From: Bacteroidota bacterium
GTDB lineage: Bacteria; Bacteroidota; Bacteroidia; AKYH767-A; 2013-40CM-41-45
Direction: 5' to 3'
DNA: 64,000 nt
Assembly (NCBI GenBank): GCA_046052345.1
Contig: JBJOMN010000001.1
Location: 8,535-72,534 of the forward strand
Shown here: piece by piece, positions 1 to 9,370 of the stretch
Numbering within the stretch: position 1 is the stretch's first letter
Layout: every line of letters begins with the position of its first letter
Position numbers and translations under genes: made by a program
The notes under the pieces: generated by a model
The model's database searches: none
Seen by the model: only the letters and a program-made list of their open reading frames with translations
Told to the model about the DNA's origin: nothing

Positions 1-44
1 CGCTTTTTAGTACTTTTAGGCTCGAAAAAAGCCTTTTTAAGGTC

Positions 45-626
45 ATGTTGGGACTCAAACTACCTACGGATCCCCATTGGGTGAACATCGTCGAACGGAA
101 TATCGATGAAATCCTTACCGATCATGCCTACTGCGAACAGAAGGCTGCCACCAATGCCATCAATCTTGTCATACGTTATCCGGAACATCCCGATCTCGTA
201 TCGGCCATGATCGACCTGGCCCGGGAAGAATTGCTGCACTTCGAAATGGTCCATGACCGTATCCGGCAACGCGGTGGCGTGCTCGGACATGAACGGCGTG
301 ATGATTATGTATGGGAGCTGAACAAATTCATCCGGAAGGGAATGGGCAAGGACGTCGCATTGGTCGACCAGCTGCTCTTCGCGGCACTCGTCGAGGCGCG
401 AAGCTGCGAACGGTTCAAGGTGTTGTCTGAAAACATCAGCGATGAATCGTTGAAAGAGTTTTACCGGGAGCTGATGATCAGCGAGGCCAATCATTATACG
501 CTGTTCATCGGATTCGCCCGTAAGTATGCCAATGGAATCGACGTGGATGCGCGGTGGAAAGAGTTTCTCGATTATGAGGCCGAGGTCATCACCCGATACG
601 GCAAGAAGGAGACCATTCACGGGTGA
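45..626 (+). CDS. miaE: tRNA-(ms2io6A37) hydroxylase, ferritin-like di-iron protein
   Basis: DHAYCEQKAA, EELLHF, LVEARSCERF and SEANHY match the MiaE di-iron carboxylate pattern; 193 aa. Confidence 0.9.
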   Translation: MLGLKLPTDPHWVNIVERNIDEILTDHAYCEQKAATNAINLVIRYPEHPDLVSAMIDLAREELLHFEMVHDRIRQRGGVLGHERRDDYVWELNKFIRKGMGKDVALVDQLLFAALVEARSCERFKVLSENISDESLKEFYRELMISEANHYTLFIGFARKYANGIDVDARWKEFLDYEAEVITRYGKKETIHG

Positions 627-643
627 GAGCGGCAAGCAGAGCA

Positions 644-678
644 GTTCCGGATCCCGGGTTCCAAGTCCCTTGTTCCGA
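644..678. repeat. Degenerate heptamer tandem array (GTTCCGG-like x5)
   Basis: GTTCCGG ATCCCGG GTTCCAA GTCCCTT GTTCCGA, read directly with a 7-nt period. Confidence 0.55.
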
Positions 679-698
679 CTTCAGATAGGAAGTATTAC

Positions 699-726
699 AA
701 TTCTTAATTCTTAATTCTTAATTCTC
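699..726. repeat. Heptamer tandem repeat (AATTCTT)3 AATTCTC
   Basis: Near-perfect 7-nt repeat ending 6 nt before the TTG start at 733. Confidence 0.9.
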
Positions 727-732
727 ACTCCC

Positions 733-1173
733 TTGTCTTCCCCCTACCGCCACTCCACCGGAATCGAAATCCGTTTTGCAGATATCGACGTCATGGGCCA
801 TGTGAATAATGCCTGTTACCTAAGCTACCTGGAGCAAGCACGTATCCGTTATTTCAACGAGCTCGTCGGCTGGGAATGGGACTGGGGGAAGGATGGTATT
901 ATCCTGGCAAAGGCTGAAGTGGTCTATCGGCAGCCGATTCATCTTCACGATCCGCTACGGGTCATGACGAGGTGTTCCCGAATCGGCGATAAAAGCATGA
1001 CGCTGGAGTATCGTCTTATCAGACAGAAAAATGATTCCGAGACACTGCTGGCAGAGGCTTCCACGGTCATCGTCTGCTTCGATTATGAAAAAAAGCTCAC
1101 CGTGCGTGTGCCGGATTCATGGCGGGAAGCAGTCCTTACTTATGAGGCCGCAGGTTCGGTCGAGATAGCCTGA
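733..1173 (+). CDS. Acyl-CoA thioesterase (4HBT/YbgC/FadM hot-dog fold)
   Basis: IRFADIDVMGHVNNACYLSYLEQAR motif; TTG start. Confidence 0.88.
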   Translation: MSSPYRHSTGIEIRFADIDVMGHVNNACYLSYLEQARIRYFNELVGWEWDWGKDGIILAKAEVVYRQPIHLHDPLRVMTRCSRIGDKSMTLEYRLIRQKNDSETLLAEASTVIVCFDYEKKLTVRVPDSWREAVLTYEAAGSVEIA

Positions 1174-1185
1174 ATCGATTAAACC

Positions 1186-3078
1186 TCACCCTTCGCCTGC
1201 ATCGAGCTTCTCATACACGGAATTGGCGGAAACGAATTCAGGGACGATCGACTTCATCTTCGATACGATCAAGTCGTTTTTCTGAGTGCCGAAGAGACCG
1301 ATGAGTTCATCGATGTCTTTCCTGATCACTGCGAAATCATATTCCCTGACTTTTGCGATGAGGATCTTGTCGTGATGAGTCGGTACGGTCTTCTCCGCAT
1401 CGGCCAGCAGCTCTTCGTAGATCTTTTCTCCCGGGCGAAGACCCGTATAGACGATCTTGATGTCACGGTCTTCCGTAAGTCCTGCCAGGCGTATCATCTT
1501 CTTGGCAAGGTCTGCAATACGTACACTCGTGCCCATGTTGAAAATGAAAATCTCTCCGCCCTTTCCTGCGGAGGCCGCTTCAAGTACCAACTGACAGGCT
1601 TCCGGAATGGTCATGAAATAACGGGTGATTTCAGGATGTGTTACGGTGACCGGTCCGCCTTCTTCGATCTGTTTTCGGAATCTTGGAATGACGGATCCGT
1701 TGGAGCCCAATACGTTGCCGAAGCGCGTGGTAATGAATAGGGTGGAAGATATCCTTCCCAAGGATTGGCAATAGATTTCCGCTATACGTTTTGTAGCACC
1801 CATGATATTCGTGGGATTGACCGCCTTGTCCGTCGAAACAAGAATGAACTTACCTGCATGGAACTCATCGGCAAGGTCGGCGACGGTGCGCGTTCCGTGG
1901 ACATTGGTAAGGATCGCCTCGGAAGGATTGTTTTCCATCACAGGCACATGCTTGTACGCGGCAGCATGGAAGACGATTTCCGGACGGAAGGCTTCGAAGA
2001 CTCTCCGCATCCTTTCTGTCTGCCTTACATCGGCAATGACGGTCTCGAGGATGTCATGGCCGTGGATTTCCGTGATCTGCAGCTCCAGGTCGTAAAGTGC
2101 GGACTCGGCCTGGTCTAAAGCGACGATCTTCCGGGGGGAATACGCAAGGAGCTGTCGGACGATTTCGGAACCTATGGAGCCGGCGCCACCGGTGACCAAT
2201 ATGGTTTTTCCGTTGAGTTCCTTTCGTATCAGGTCAGTGTGCAACAGGATCGGATCGCGCTCAAGGAGGTCTTCGATCTTCAGATTCCGGATCTGGCTGA
2301 ACTGCAACTCGCCGTTGATCCAGCTGGAAACAGGAGGTACTTTATGTACATTGACCCTGAATGGCGAGCATCGGTCTACGAGCTCCTGTCGTTTGCCCGC
2401 AGGGAAGTCTTGTATGCTGATGATCAATTGGTCGACGGAATTGGCCCGCAGAAGTCCGTCCAGCTCCTCTTCGGTGTCATAGATACGGATCCCTTCGAGC
2501 GTCTTTCCTGACTTTGCCGGGTCGTCGTCCACGTATGCAATCACTTTGAACCTCGATCCTGCATCACGGTCGAGTGTGCGTTTCGTAATCACTCCTGCTT
2601 CTCCGGCCCCGTAGATGATCACCGCTCTTTTGCCTTTGCTCGGGTTGGTGAGTTCCTGATAGATCATCCGGACGGAAGCCCGGAAAGCAGCCAGGGCGAA
2701 AACGGAAAAAACCGAGTCGATGATGAGTATGGAGAAAGGGACAAGGTAGGATCCGGAAGTCAGATAGGAGACCGAATTTGCGGCAGCGATGACCAGTGTG
2801 CCGGCGACGATGCTATTGAAAATACGCAAAGCGTCACGGCTGTTCGTATAACGGATAAGACCGTAGTAGGTGCGTGACAAAATGAATCCGGCAGTCCGGA
2901 CGCCCAATACGACAGGAAGCGCTACTCTCCAGTGCCTGATTTCGTGGTCGGGAACGTCAAAGTTGAAGCGGACCTGGTAAGCTACCATGAAGGATACGAA
3001 GCAGATGGAGATATCGATCATGAAGATGATCCATCTGGGAGTGTTCCTTCGGAAAAGTAAGGGCTTGGCGGTCTGCAT
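1186..3078 (-). CDS. Membrane-bound nucleoside-diphosphate sugar 4,6-dehydratase (CapD/PglF/WbpM family)
   Basis: Four N-terminal TM segments, IYGAGEAG, TGGAGSIGSE, FHAAAYKHVP, STDKAVNPTNIMGATKR, RFGNVLGSNGSV. Start moved to ATG 3078 (MQTAKP), which removes the overlap with the divergent gene and lies 8 nt after a TATATTTG element. Confidence 0.93.
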   Translation of the reverse strand: MQTAKPLLFRRNTPRWIIFMIDISICFVSFMVAYQVRFNFDVPDHEIRHWRVALPVVLGVRTAGFILSRTYYGLIRYTNSRDALRIFNSIVAGTLVIAAANSVSYLTSGSYLVPFSILIIDSVFSVFALAAFRASVRMIYQELTNPSKGKRAVIIYGAGEAGVITKRTLDRDAGSRFKVIAYVDDDPAKSGKTLEGIRIYDTEEELDGLLRANSVDQLIISIQDFPAGKRQELVDRCSPFRVNVHKVPPVSSWINGELQFSQIRNLKIEDLLERDPILLHTDLIRKELNGKTILVTGGAGSIGSEIVRQLLAYSPRKIVALDQAESALYDLELQITEIHGHDILETVIADVRQTERMRRVFEAFRPEIVFHAAAYKHVPVMENNPSEAILTNVHGTRTVADLADEFHAGKFILVSTDKAVNPTNIMGATKRIAEIYCQSLGRISSTLFITTRFGNVLGSNGSVIPRFRKQIEEGGPVTVTHPEITRYFMTIPEACQLVLEAASAGKGGEIFIFNMGTSVRIADLAKKMIRLAGLTEDRDIKIVYTGLRPGEKIYEELLADAEKTVPTHHDKILIAKVREYDFAVIRKDIDELIGLFGTQKNDLIVSKMKSIVPEFVSANSVYEKLDAGEG

Positions 3079-3086
3079 CCGTTTCC

Positions 3087-3134
3087 CAAATATAGGCGAT
3101 TTTGACGCTCGTTCGGGATGTTGGATTATCTTTG
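3087..3134. promoter_or_regulatory. Back-to-back Bacteroidota -7 promoter elements for the dehydratase (-) and glycosyltransferase (+)
   Basis: TATATTTG on - strand (3087-3094) and TATCTTTG on + strand (3127-3134); both fit TAnnTTTG. Confidence 0.6.
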
Positions 3135-3141
3135 GATCGCG

Positions 3142-4224
3142 ATGCGCATCCTGTTCCTGGTCCCGTACCCTCACGACAAGGCACCGAGCCAGCGATTCCG
3201 CTTTGAACAGTACCTCTCGCATCTCCATTCCCGAGGATGGACATACAGGATCTCACCCTTCCTCGATGCCGCTGCATGGGATGTATTGTATAAGAACGGA
3301 TACTTCATCCGTAAGTCCCTGGGCCTTTTACGCGGGTACTTGCGACGTATTTTCGATCTGTTGACCATCCAGCGCTTCGATGTCGTATTCATACACCGCG
3401 AGGCAAGTCCGTTCGGACCTCCCTGGATCGAATTCCTGGTCGCAAAAGTTTTCGGGAAGCCGGTTGTATTCGATTTCGACGATGCCATCTGGATTCCGAA
3501 CGCATCAGAGAGCAATCGCCGACTGACACACCGCTTCAAGGATTTCAGCAATGCGGCGAAAATAATCCGGTGGTCGACCGTGGTTTCCTGCGGAAACAGC
3601 TTTCTCGCGGATTACGCCAGAAAATTCAATCCGGTCGTGGTCCTTAATCCCACCACCATCGATACGGACCATTGGCATAATCTGACCGCTTCTCACGACT
3701 CCCGGCGTTTCATCATCGGCTGGACAGGTTCGCACTCTACGATCAGCATGCTCGAAATGCTCCTTCCTGTTTTCAGGGAGCTGGAGTCGAAACACGATTT
3801 CGAGTTGCACGTCATTTGCGACGTACCTCCCGGTTTCCGCCTTGATTCGTTGGTGTTCGTTCCCTGGAGCAAGGAAGCCGAGGTCCGTGAGCTGGCGATG
3901 TTCAATGTGGGCATCATGCCGTTGGAAGACACCGATTGGGCAAGAGGAAAATGCGGGTTCAAGGCGTTGCAGTATCTCTCTGTCGGCGTACCGGCTGTTG
4001 TCTCGTCCGTCGGTGTAAATCGTGATATCGTTGAAGACGGGGTGAACGGTTTTCTGTGTTCGAGCCTTGATGAATGGAAGCTTCGATTGGAGGAATTGAT
4101 GGCCGATCGTGAACTGCTGCTTCGGATGAGCCGCGCAGCGCGTAGCAAGGTGCTCGACCGGTATTCTGTCCGCGCTAATACAGCCAATTTTGTGGGGATG
4201 CTGGAAAAGGCGGCAAATCGCTGA
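3142..4224 (+). CDS. Glycosyltransferase family 4 (GT-B)
   Basis: SQRFRFEQY, FDFDDAIW, IGWTGS, GKCGFKALQY..GVPAVVSSVG, IVEDGVNGFL. Start set at MRILFLVP. Confidence 0.9.
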   Translation: MRILFLVPYPHDKAPSQRFRFEQYLSHLHSRGWTYRISPFLDAAAWDVLYKNGYFIRKSLGLLRGYLRRIFDLLTIQRFDVVFIHREASPFGPPWIEFLVAKVFGKPVVFDFDDAIWIPNASESNRRLTHRFKDFSNAAKIIRWSTVVSCGNSFLADYARKFNPVVVLNPTTIDTDHWHNLTASHDSRRFIIGWTGSHSTISMLEMLLPVFRELESKHDFELHVICDVPPGFRLDSLVFVPWSKEAEVRELAMFNVGIMPLEDTDWARGKCGFKALQYLSVGVPAVVSSVGVNRDIVEDGVNGFLCSSLDEWKLRLEELMADRELLLRMSRAARSKVLDRYSVRANTANFVGMLEKAANR

Positions 4225-4267
4225 TTTTTCGTATCTTTAGGTCGTCTAACCTTAATTTTCGCCTGAA

Positions 4268-5368
4268 ATGGAAGTATTGACCGAGTTGCGCCATATTGCC
4301 CTTACCGATGTTCATACAGCCTTGGGCGCCAAAATGGTCCCTTTTGCGGGCTATCTGATGCCCGTTTCTTACGAAGGCATCAATGCCGAACATGAGACCG
4401 TGCGCAACGGTGTCGGAGTGTTCGACGTCTCCCACATGGGGGAATTCATCGTGAAAGGAGAAGGCGCACTGGAACTCATCAACCGACTTACCAGCAACGA
4501 CGTTGCGAAACTGATCGATGGTCAGGTGCAGTATTCCTGCATTCCGAATGAAACAGGCGGTATCGTGGATGACCTTCTCGTGTACAGGATCGATGCCAAG
4601 ACCTATATGCTGGTTGTCAATGCCTCCAACATCGACAAGGACTGGAATTGGTTCACCAGGTTCAACAGCGCAGGAGTGGAGATGCATAATATTTCCGAAA
4701 AGACCTCCCTCTTCGCGGTCCAGGGTCCAAAGGCCGCCGAGGTGCTCCAGCCGCTCACCGGCATGGACCTTCTCAATATGAAATATTATACCTTCTCCAA
4801 AGGCGTTTTTGCCGGATGTGAGAATGTACTGGTATCGGCCACAGGTTATACCGGAGCTGGAGGTTTCGAGGTGTACGTAGAGAATAAGGACGCCCTCAAA
4901 GTGTGGAACGCCATCTTCGAGGCAGGCAAGTCATACGGCATCAAACCCATCGGTCTTGGGGCCCGCGATACGCTCCGCCTTGAGATGGGTTTCTGTCTTT
5001 ATGGCAACGATATCGACGATACCACTTCGCCGATCGAGGCCGGTCTGGGATGGATCACCAAATTCACCAAGGAATTCACCAACAGCTCCGCGTTGAAGGC
5101 GCAGAAGGAGCAGGGTGTTTCACGCAAGTTGGTAGGATTCGAGATGGTGGACCGCGGGATTCCTCGTCACGACTACCTCATTCAGGATGCTTCCGGTAAA
5201 GTGGTCGGAAAGGTGACTTCCGGTACCCAGTCTCCTTCCTTGCAGAAGGCGATCGGAATGGGATACGTCGAGTCTTCCTGTGCTGCAGAAGGCAGTGAGA
5301 TCTTCATCTCTGTCCGCGACAAGGCCCTGAAAGCGAAGATCGTCCGTATCCCGTTCTATAAGAAGTGA
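4268..5368 (+). CDS. gcvT: Glycine cleavage system aminomethyltransferase T
   Basis: [53 protein letters not shown]. Confidence 0.97.
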   Translation: MEVLTELRHIALTDVHTALGAKMVPFAGYLMPVSYEGINAEHETVRNGVGVFDVSHMGEFIVKGEGALELINRLTSNDVAKLIDGQVQYSCIPNETGGIVDDLLVYRIDAKTYMLVVNASNIDKDWNWFTRFNSAGVEMHNISEKTSLFAVQGPKAAEVLQPLTGMDLLNMKYYTFSKGVFAGCENVLVSATGYTGAGGFEVYVENKDALKVWNAIFEAGKSYGIKPIGLGARDTLRLEMGFCLYGNDIDDTTSPIEAGLGWITKFTKEFTNSSALKAQKEQGVSRKLVGFEMVDRGIPRHDYLIQDASGKVVGKVTSGTQSPSLQKAIGMGYVESSCAAEGSEIFISVRDKALKAKIVRIPFYKK

Positions 5369-5395
5369 TTTATCTTTTGTGAATCCACGACTGAA

Positions 5396-6139
5396 ATGAG
5401 CAGCAGCGCACCTTTCAAGATCGACGCCTGTTTCTCTCCGGCACTTTACCCGGTGTACGAGAGCCCGGACACTATCGTGGTCATCATCGACATCTTCCGG
5501 GCAACATCCGCCATCTGCACCGCTTTCGAATGGGGCGCGGACAAGGTGATTCCTGTTGCAACGGTTGAAGAGGCACGCCGTTGGAAGGAGAAAGGTTTTC
5601 TGACCGGAGCTGAACGCGATGCGGTACAGGTAGACGGCTTCGACTTCGGGAATTCCCCCTACCACTACATGGATGACCGGATCAAAGGACAGACGCTCGT
5701 CATCACGACCACCAACGGCACCCAAGCGATCGAAGTCTCCCGTAATGCCTACAGGGTCGTCATAGGCTCCTTCCTCAATATCGACGCTTTATGCTCGTGG
5801 CTCGTAAGGCAGGAGCGTGACATCCTGCTACTCTGCTCCGGATGGAAGAACAAGTTCAACCTTGAGGACTCGCTTTTTGCAGGTGCGGTAACAGAAGAGC
5901 TCCTGCTGCGATCGGACAGATACCACCACGGTGACGGCTGTCTCGCGCTGAAATACCTGTACCAGATGGCTAAACAGGATCCCGTCAAATTCCTCAACTA
6001 CTCCTACCATAAGGAGCGTTTGGCCCGCCTTAACCTCAAGCGCGACATCAAGTACTGTCTGACGCCCAATCAGACGGATGTCATTCCTGTCCTGGAAGAC
6101 GGCGCTTTGGTACGAATGAAGCAGCTTGTCGAAAGCTGA
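5396..6139 (+). CDS. comB: 2-phosphosulfolactate phosphatase family protein (ComB-like)
   Basis: IDIFRATSAI, GAER..GFDFGNSP, TTTNGT and LEDSLFAG motifs of the ComB family. Substrate here is unknown. Confidence 0.85.
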   Translation: MSSSAPFKIDACFSPALYPVYESPDTIVVIIDIFRATSAICTAFEWGADKVIPVATVEEARRWKEKGFLTGAERDAVQVDGFDFGNSPYHYMDDRIKGQTLVITTTNGTQAIEVSRNAYRVVIGSFLNIDALCSWLVRQERDILLLCSGWKNKFNLEDSLFAGAVTEELLLRSDRYHHGDGCLALKYLYQMAKQDPVKFLNYSYHKERLARLNLKRDIKYCLTPNQTDVIPVLEDGALVRMKQLVES

Positions 6140-6205
6140 TTTCCCGATTTAATTATCCTTATTTCCGCGGTTGCCTTTTTTGGTGCAGTGGCTTTGCTTT
6201 GCGCT

Positions 6206-7150
6206 ATGAAGGTCATCCGACCGTTGATGCTTCTGTCGCTGCTGCTTGCACCCCACTGTACGGAGGCTTGGGGTTTTTGGGCGCATCAGCGCATCAACTA
6301 TCTGGCTTGTTTCACACTTCCTCCGGAGATCTTCGGGTTTTACAAGCAGGAAATCCGCTTCGTGTTCGAGCATGCCGTCGATCCGGATAAGCGAAGGTAT
6401 TCGGATCCCGATGAAGCGCCGAGGCACTTCATCGACCTTGACCGTTACGGCGGCATCGATTCGATTCCGCACCGATGGTCCGAGGCTGCATGTGTTTTCA
6501 CGGAAGACACACTCAAGCAGCATGGGATTGTACCATGGTCCATCCAGCGGACGTATTACAGTCTGGTACGGGCCTTCACTGAACGTGATGCCGGAAGAGT
6601 GCTTTATTACTCCGCCGTGCTGGGACATTATGTGGCCGATGCACATGTTCCGCTGCACTGCACCTCGAACTACAACGGACAGTTGACCGGACAGAAAGGT
6701 ATTCATGGGTTCTGGGAATCGCGATTGCCGGAGCTTTTCGGTGCAGACTATGATTTCTTTACGGATCGATGTCGCTATCTTTCTTCCCCGCTCGAGGAGG
6801 CATGGAGTATCCTGAGAGAGAGTTCAGCGGCGGTTGACTCCGTGCTTACTTTCGAAAAATCACTGAACGAGGGGACGCGTCCTGACCGTAAGTTCGCTTT
6901 CGAGGAGCGGGGCGCTGTCGTGGTGAGGGCCTATTCACAGTCCTATGCTGCAGATTACCATTCGATGCTGGACGGTCAGGTGGAGCGACGCATGCGTGCC
7001 GCGATTCATCGGGTCGGATCGTACTGGTACTCCGCCTGGCTGGATGCGGGTCAGCCCGTTCTGCAGACGGATTCAGCCGCGACTTCAACTCCTTTTCCGG
7101 AAGACATTGTCCCGGAAACGGAGGTCGTAAAGGCCAGGGTATGCGAATGA
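6206..7150 (+). CDS. Exported S1/P1 nuclease / Zn-dependent phospholipase C family protein
   Basis: Signal peptide ending A|WGFWAH (N-terminal Trp Zn ligand), DPD, HFID, GHYVADAHVPLH, IHGFWE. Confidence 0.85.
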   Translation: MKVIRPLMLLSLLLAPHCTEAWGFWAHQRINYLACFTLPPEIFGFYKQEIRFVFEHAVDPDKRRYSDPDEAPRHFIDLDRYGGIDSIPHRWSEAACVFTEDTLKQHGIVPWSIQRTYYSLVRAFTERDAGRVLYYSAVLGHYVADAHVPLHCTSNYNGQLTGQKGIHGFWESRLPELFGADYDFFTDRCRYLSSPLEEAWSILRESSAAVDSVLTFEKSLNEGTRPDRKFAFEERGAVVVRAYSQSYAADYHSMLDGQVERRMRAAIHRVGSYWYSAWLDAGQPVLQTDSAATSTPFPEDIVPETEVVKARVCE

Positions 7151-7158
7151 GGAGTGAT

Positions 7159-8439
7159 TCAGACCAAAGCCTTGCGCAGGATGGTCTGCGAACGGTCCGG
7201 TCCGACAGAAACGATGCTCACGGGAAGGTCCAGTTCCTCTTCGAGCCATGCGATATAGCCGGCAAGCTCTTTCGGAAAATCGGATTCCTCCTGTATGCCG
7301 GTCAGATCCGCCTGCCATCCACGCAACGTGGTGTAGCAAGGCCTTACCTCCGTGTGTACGATATCGTAAGGCATGAAATCAAGCCGCTCTCCGTTTATTT
7401 CGTAGTGGGTACAGACTTTAATCTCGTCGAATCCGCTCAGTACATCCGGTTTGGTCATGCAAAGGTCCGTGACTCCGTTCAGCATGATAGCATATTTCAA
7501 TGCAGGCAGGTCGAGCCATCCGCAGCGGCGCGGCCGTCCGGTGGTGGCCCCGAATTCGTTTCCGGCTTTGCGAAGGGCGTCTCCCGTCGCATCTGTCAGT
7601 TCGGTAGGGAACGGACCGCTTCCGACGCGAGTGCAGTAGGCCTTGAAGATCCCGTATACCTTCCCGATATGCCGCGGTGCAACTCCGAGTCCGGTGCAGG
7701 CTCCGGCGGTGACGGTATTTGAAGAGGTGACGAAAGGATACGACCCGAAGTCAATGTCCAATAAGGAGCCCTGCGCTCCTTCGGCAAGAATGGTCCGATG
7801 GGACCGGATGAAACCGTTAATCAGGTGTTCGCTGTCAACGAGGTTGAGAGTCCTCATGTAATCGATAGCGGCGAAGAATTCCGCTTCTGCGGCCGGGAGC
7901 CCGTCGCCGGTGTGGCCCATGGCTTTCAGCAGTTCGAGATGCTTCTTCCGAAGTTTTTCGTAGCGTGCCTTGAAATCCGAGGCCTCGATATCTCCGGCGC
8001 GTAACCCGTTGCGCCCCGTCTTGTCCATGTATGTGGGACCGATTCCGCGCAGGGTTGAACCGATCTTGTCTGCGCCTTTCAAGGCTTCCGATGCTGCATC
8101 CAACAGTCTGTGGGTCGGAAGGATCAGGTTGGCCTTTCGGGAGATGAACAACCGCTCACCGACAGGTACATTCATTTTCAGCAGTGCATCTATCTCCCGT
8201 TTCAGCGTGACGGGATCGATCACGACGCCGTTTCCGACAACGTTGACGGTCTCCTCGCGGAAAATGCCGGAAGGGATGGTGTGGAGGACATGCTTGATGC
8301 CTTCGAATTCCAGCGTATGGCCGGCATTCGGTCCGCCCTGGAAGCGGGCAACGACGTTATAGCCTGGAGTGAGGACGTCGACGATTTTACCTTTTCCTTC
8401 ATCGCCCCATTGGAGGCCGAGCAGAACATCGACAGACAT
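7159..8439 (-). CDS. purA: Adenylosuccinate synthetase
   Basis: GLQWGDEGKGK, GGPNAGHT, EGAQGSLLD, TRVGSGPFPTE, GATTGRPRRCGWLD. Confidence 0.98.
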   Translation of the reverse strand: MSVDVLLGLQWGDEGKGKIVDVLTPGYNVVARFQGGPNAGHTLEFEGIKHVLHTIPSGIFREETVNVVGNGVVIDPVTLKREIDALLKMNVPVGERLFISRKANLILPTHRLLDAASEALKGADKIGSTLRGIGPTYMDKTGRNGLRAGDIEASDFKARYEKLRKKHLELLKAMGHTGDGLPAAEAEFFAAIDYMRTLNLVDSEHLINGFIRSHRTILAEGAQGSLLDIDFGSYPFVTSSNTVTAGACTGLGVAPRHIGKVYGIFKAYCTRVGSGPFPTELTDATGDALRKAGNEFGATTGRPRRCGWLDLPALKYAIMLNGVTDLCMTKPDVLSGFDEIKVCTHYEINGERLDFMPYDIVHTEVRPCYTTLRGWQADLTGIQEESDFPKELAGYIAWLEEELDLPVSIVSVGPDRSQTILRKALV

Positions 8440-8441
8440 GG

Positions 8442-8789
8442 TCAGGACTGGAACTTGCGGATGGCGGCAGGAAGGTCTTCGGTGATGGAGAAGACGGTGT
8501 TAAGCTTGGTGATGAGTAGCAGCTCCTTGATCTTGTCGTTTACACAGCAGATGGATGTGTCACCGCCGTTCTTCCGGCTCTTGGTCAGGATGTTCACCAG
8601 CACGTTGAGGCCGTTGCTGTTCAGATACTTGAAACGCTCCATCGAGATGACGAAATTCACCGTGCCTTTTTCGATGAGTGACTGGATTTCCTCGAGCAGC
8701 GGTGTGGCCTGGTTCTTATCGATCAGGTTACCGCTCATCTCGACAAGGGCATAGTTCCCTTTGTGATTGATGGTGAATGCGAAATCCAT
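8442..8789 (-). CDS. STAS-domain protein (anti-sigma factor antagonist family)
   Basis: 115 aa; SGNL, YLNSNGLNVLV (Ser at the SpoIIAA-type phosphosite position), LLLITKLNTVF. Confidence 0.85.
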   Translation of the reverse strand: MDFAFTINHKGNYALVEMSGNLIDKNQATPLLEEIQSLIEKGTVNFVISMERFKYLNSNGLNVLVNILTKSRKNGGDTSICCVNDKIKELLLITKLNTVFSITEDLPAAIRKFQS

Positions 8790-8793
8790 GTAG

Positions 8794-8801
8794 CAAAAAT
8801 A
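8794..8801 (-). promoter_or_regulatory. Bacteroidota -7 element 4 nt upstream of the STAS ATG (probable leaderless start)
   Basis: Minus strand reads TATTTTTG-CTAC-ATG. Confidence 0.55.
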
Positions 8802-8863
8802 CGTATTTTCTCAAAACAGGAAGATGCGACTTCCGGGAGTTTTTCACGGAAGCATGTGAGTCC

Positions 8864-9352
8864 TTAGGGTCTCTTACTGCCGGCATTCCGGTGTTTGCAA
8901 TCGCCTTTTTCACGCAGTTCGCGGCAATTTCCGAAAAGATGCAGGGAGTGGGAGTTGATATCGAAGCGCAGGATGTCTCCCATCATGGACTGAATCTGCT
9001 GGATCCTCGGATCGCAGAATTCGAAGATGTGCTCGCAGTCCTGACAGATAAGGTGGTCGTGCTGACGGTATGCATACGAACGTTCGAACAACGCCAGGTT
9101 CTTGCCGAACTGATGCCGTGTTATCAGTTCGCTGTCCAACAGCAGTTCGATGGTATTGTAAAGTGTGGCGCGGCTGATCCGATGTCCTTTTTCCTTCATG
9201 TGTACGAACAGGGATTCGACATCGAAATGGTCGTCCAGGAGATAGATCTCTTCCAAAACGGAGAAGCGCTCTACCGTCCGGCGGTGACCGTGCTTTTCAA
9301 GGTATTCGGTGAATACCTTCTTGGCGGATTGAAGTGTGGCTTCTATCGACAT
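8864..9352 (-). CDS. Fur-family transcriptional regulator
   Basis: RRTVERFSVL, HFDVESL, ISRATLYNTIELL helix-turn-helix, HDHLICQDC metal site. Confidence 0.92.
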   Translation of the reverse strand: MSIEATLQSAKKVFTEYLEKHGHRRTVERFSVLEEIYLLDDHFDVESLFVHMKEKGHRISRATLYNTIELLLDSELITRHQFGKNLALFERSYAYRQHDHLICQDCEHIFEFCDPRIQQIQSMMGDILRFDINSHSLHLFGNCRELREKGDCKHRNAGSKRP

Positions 9353-9370
9353 GCTGATGAGGAGGACGCG

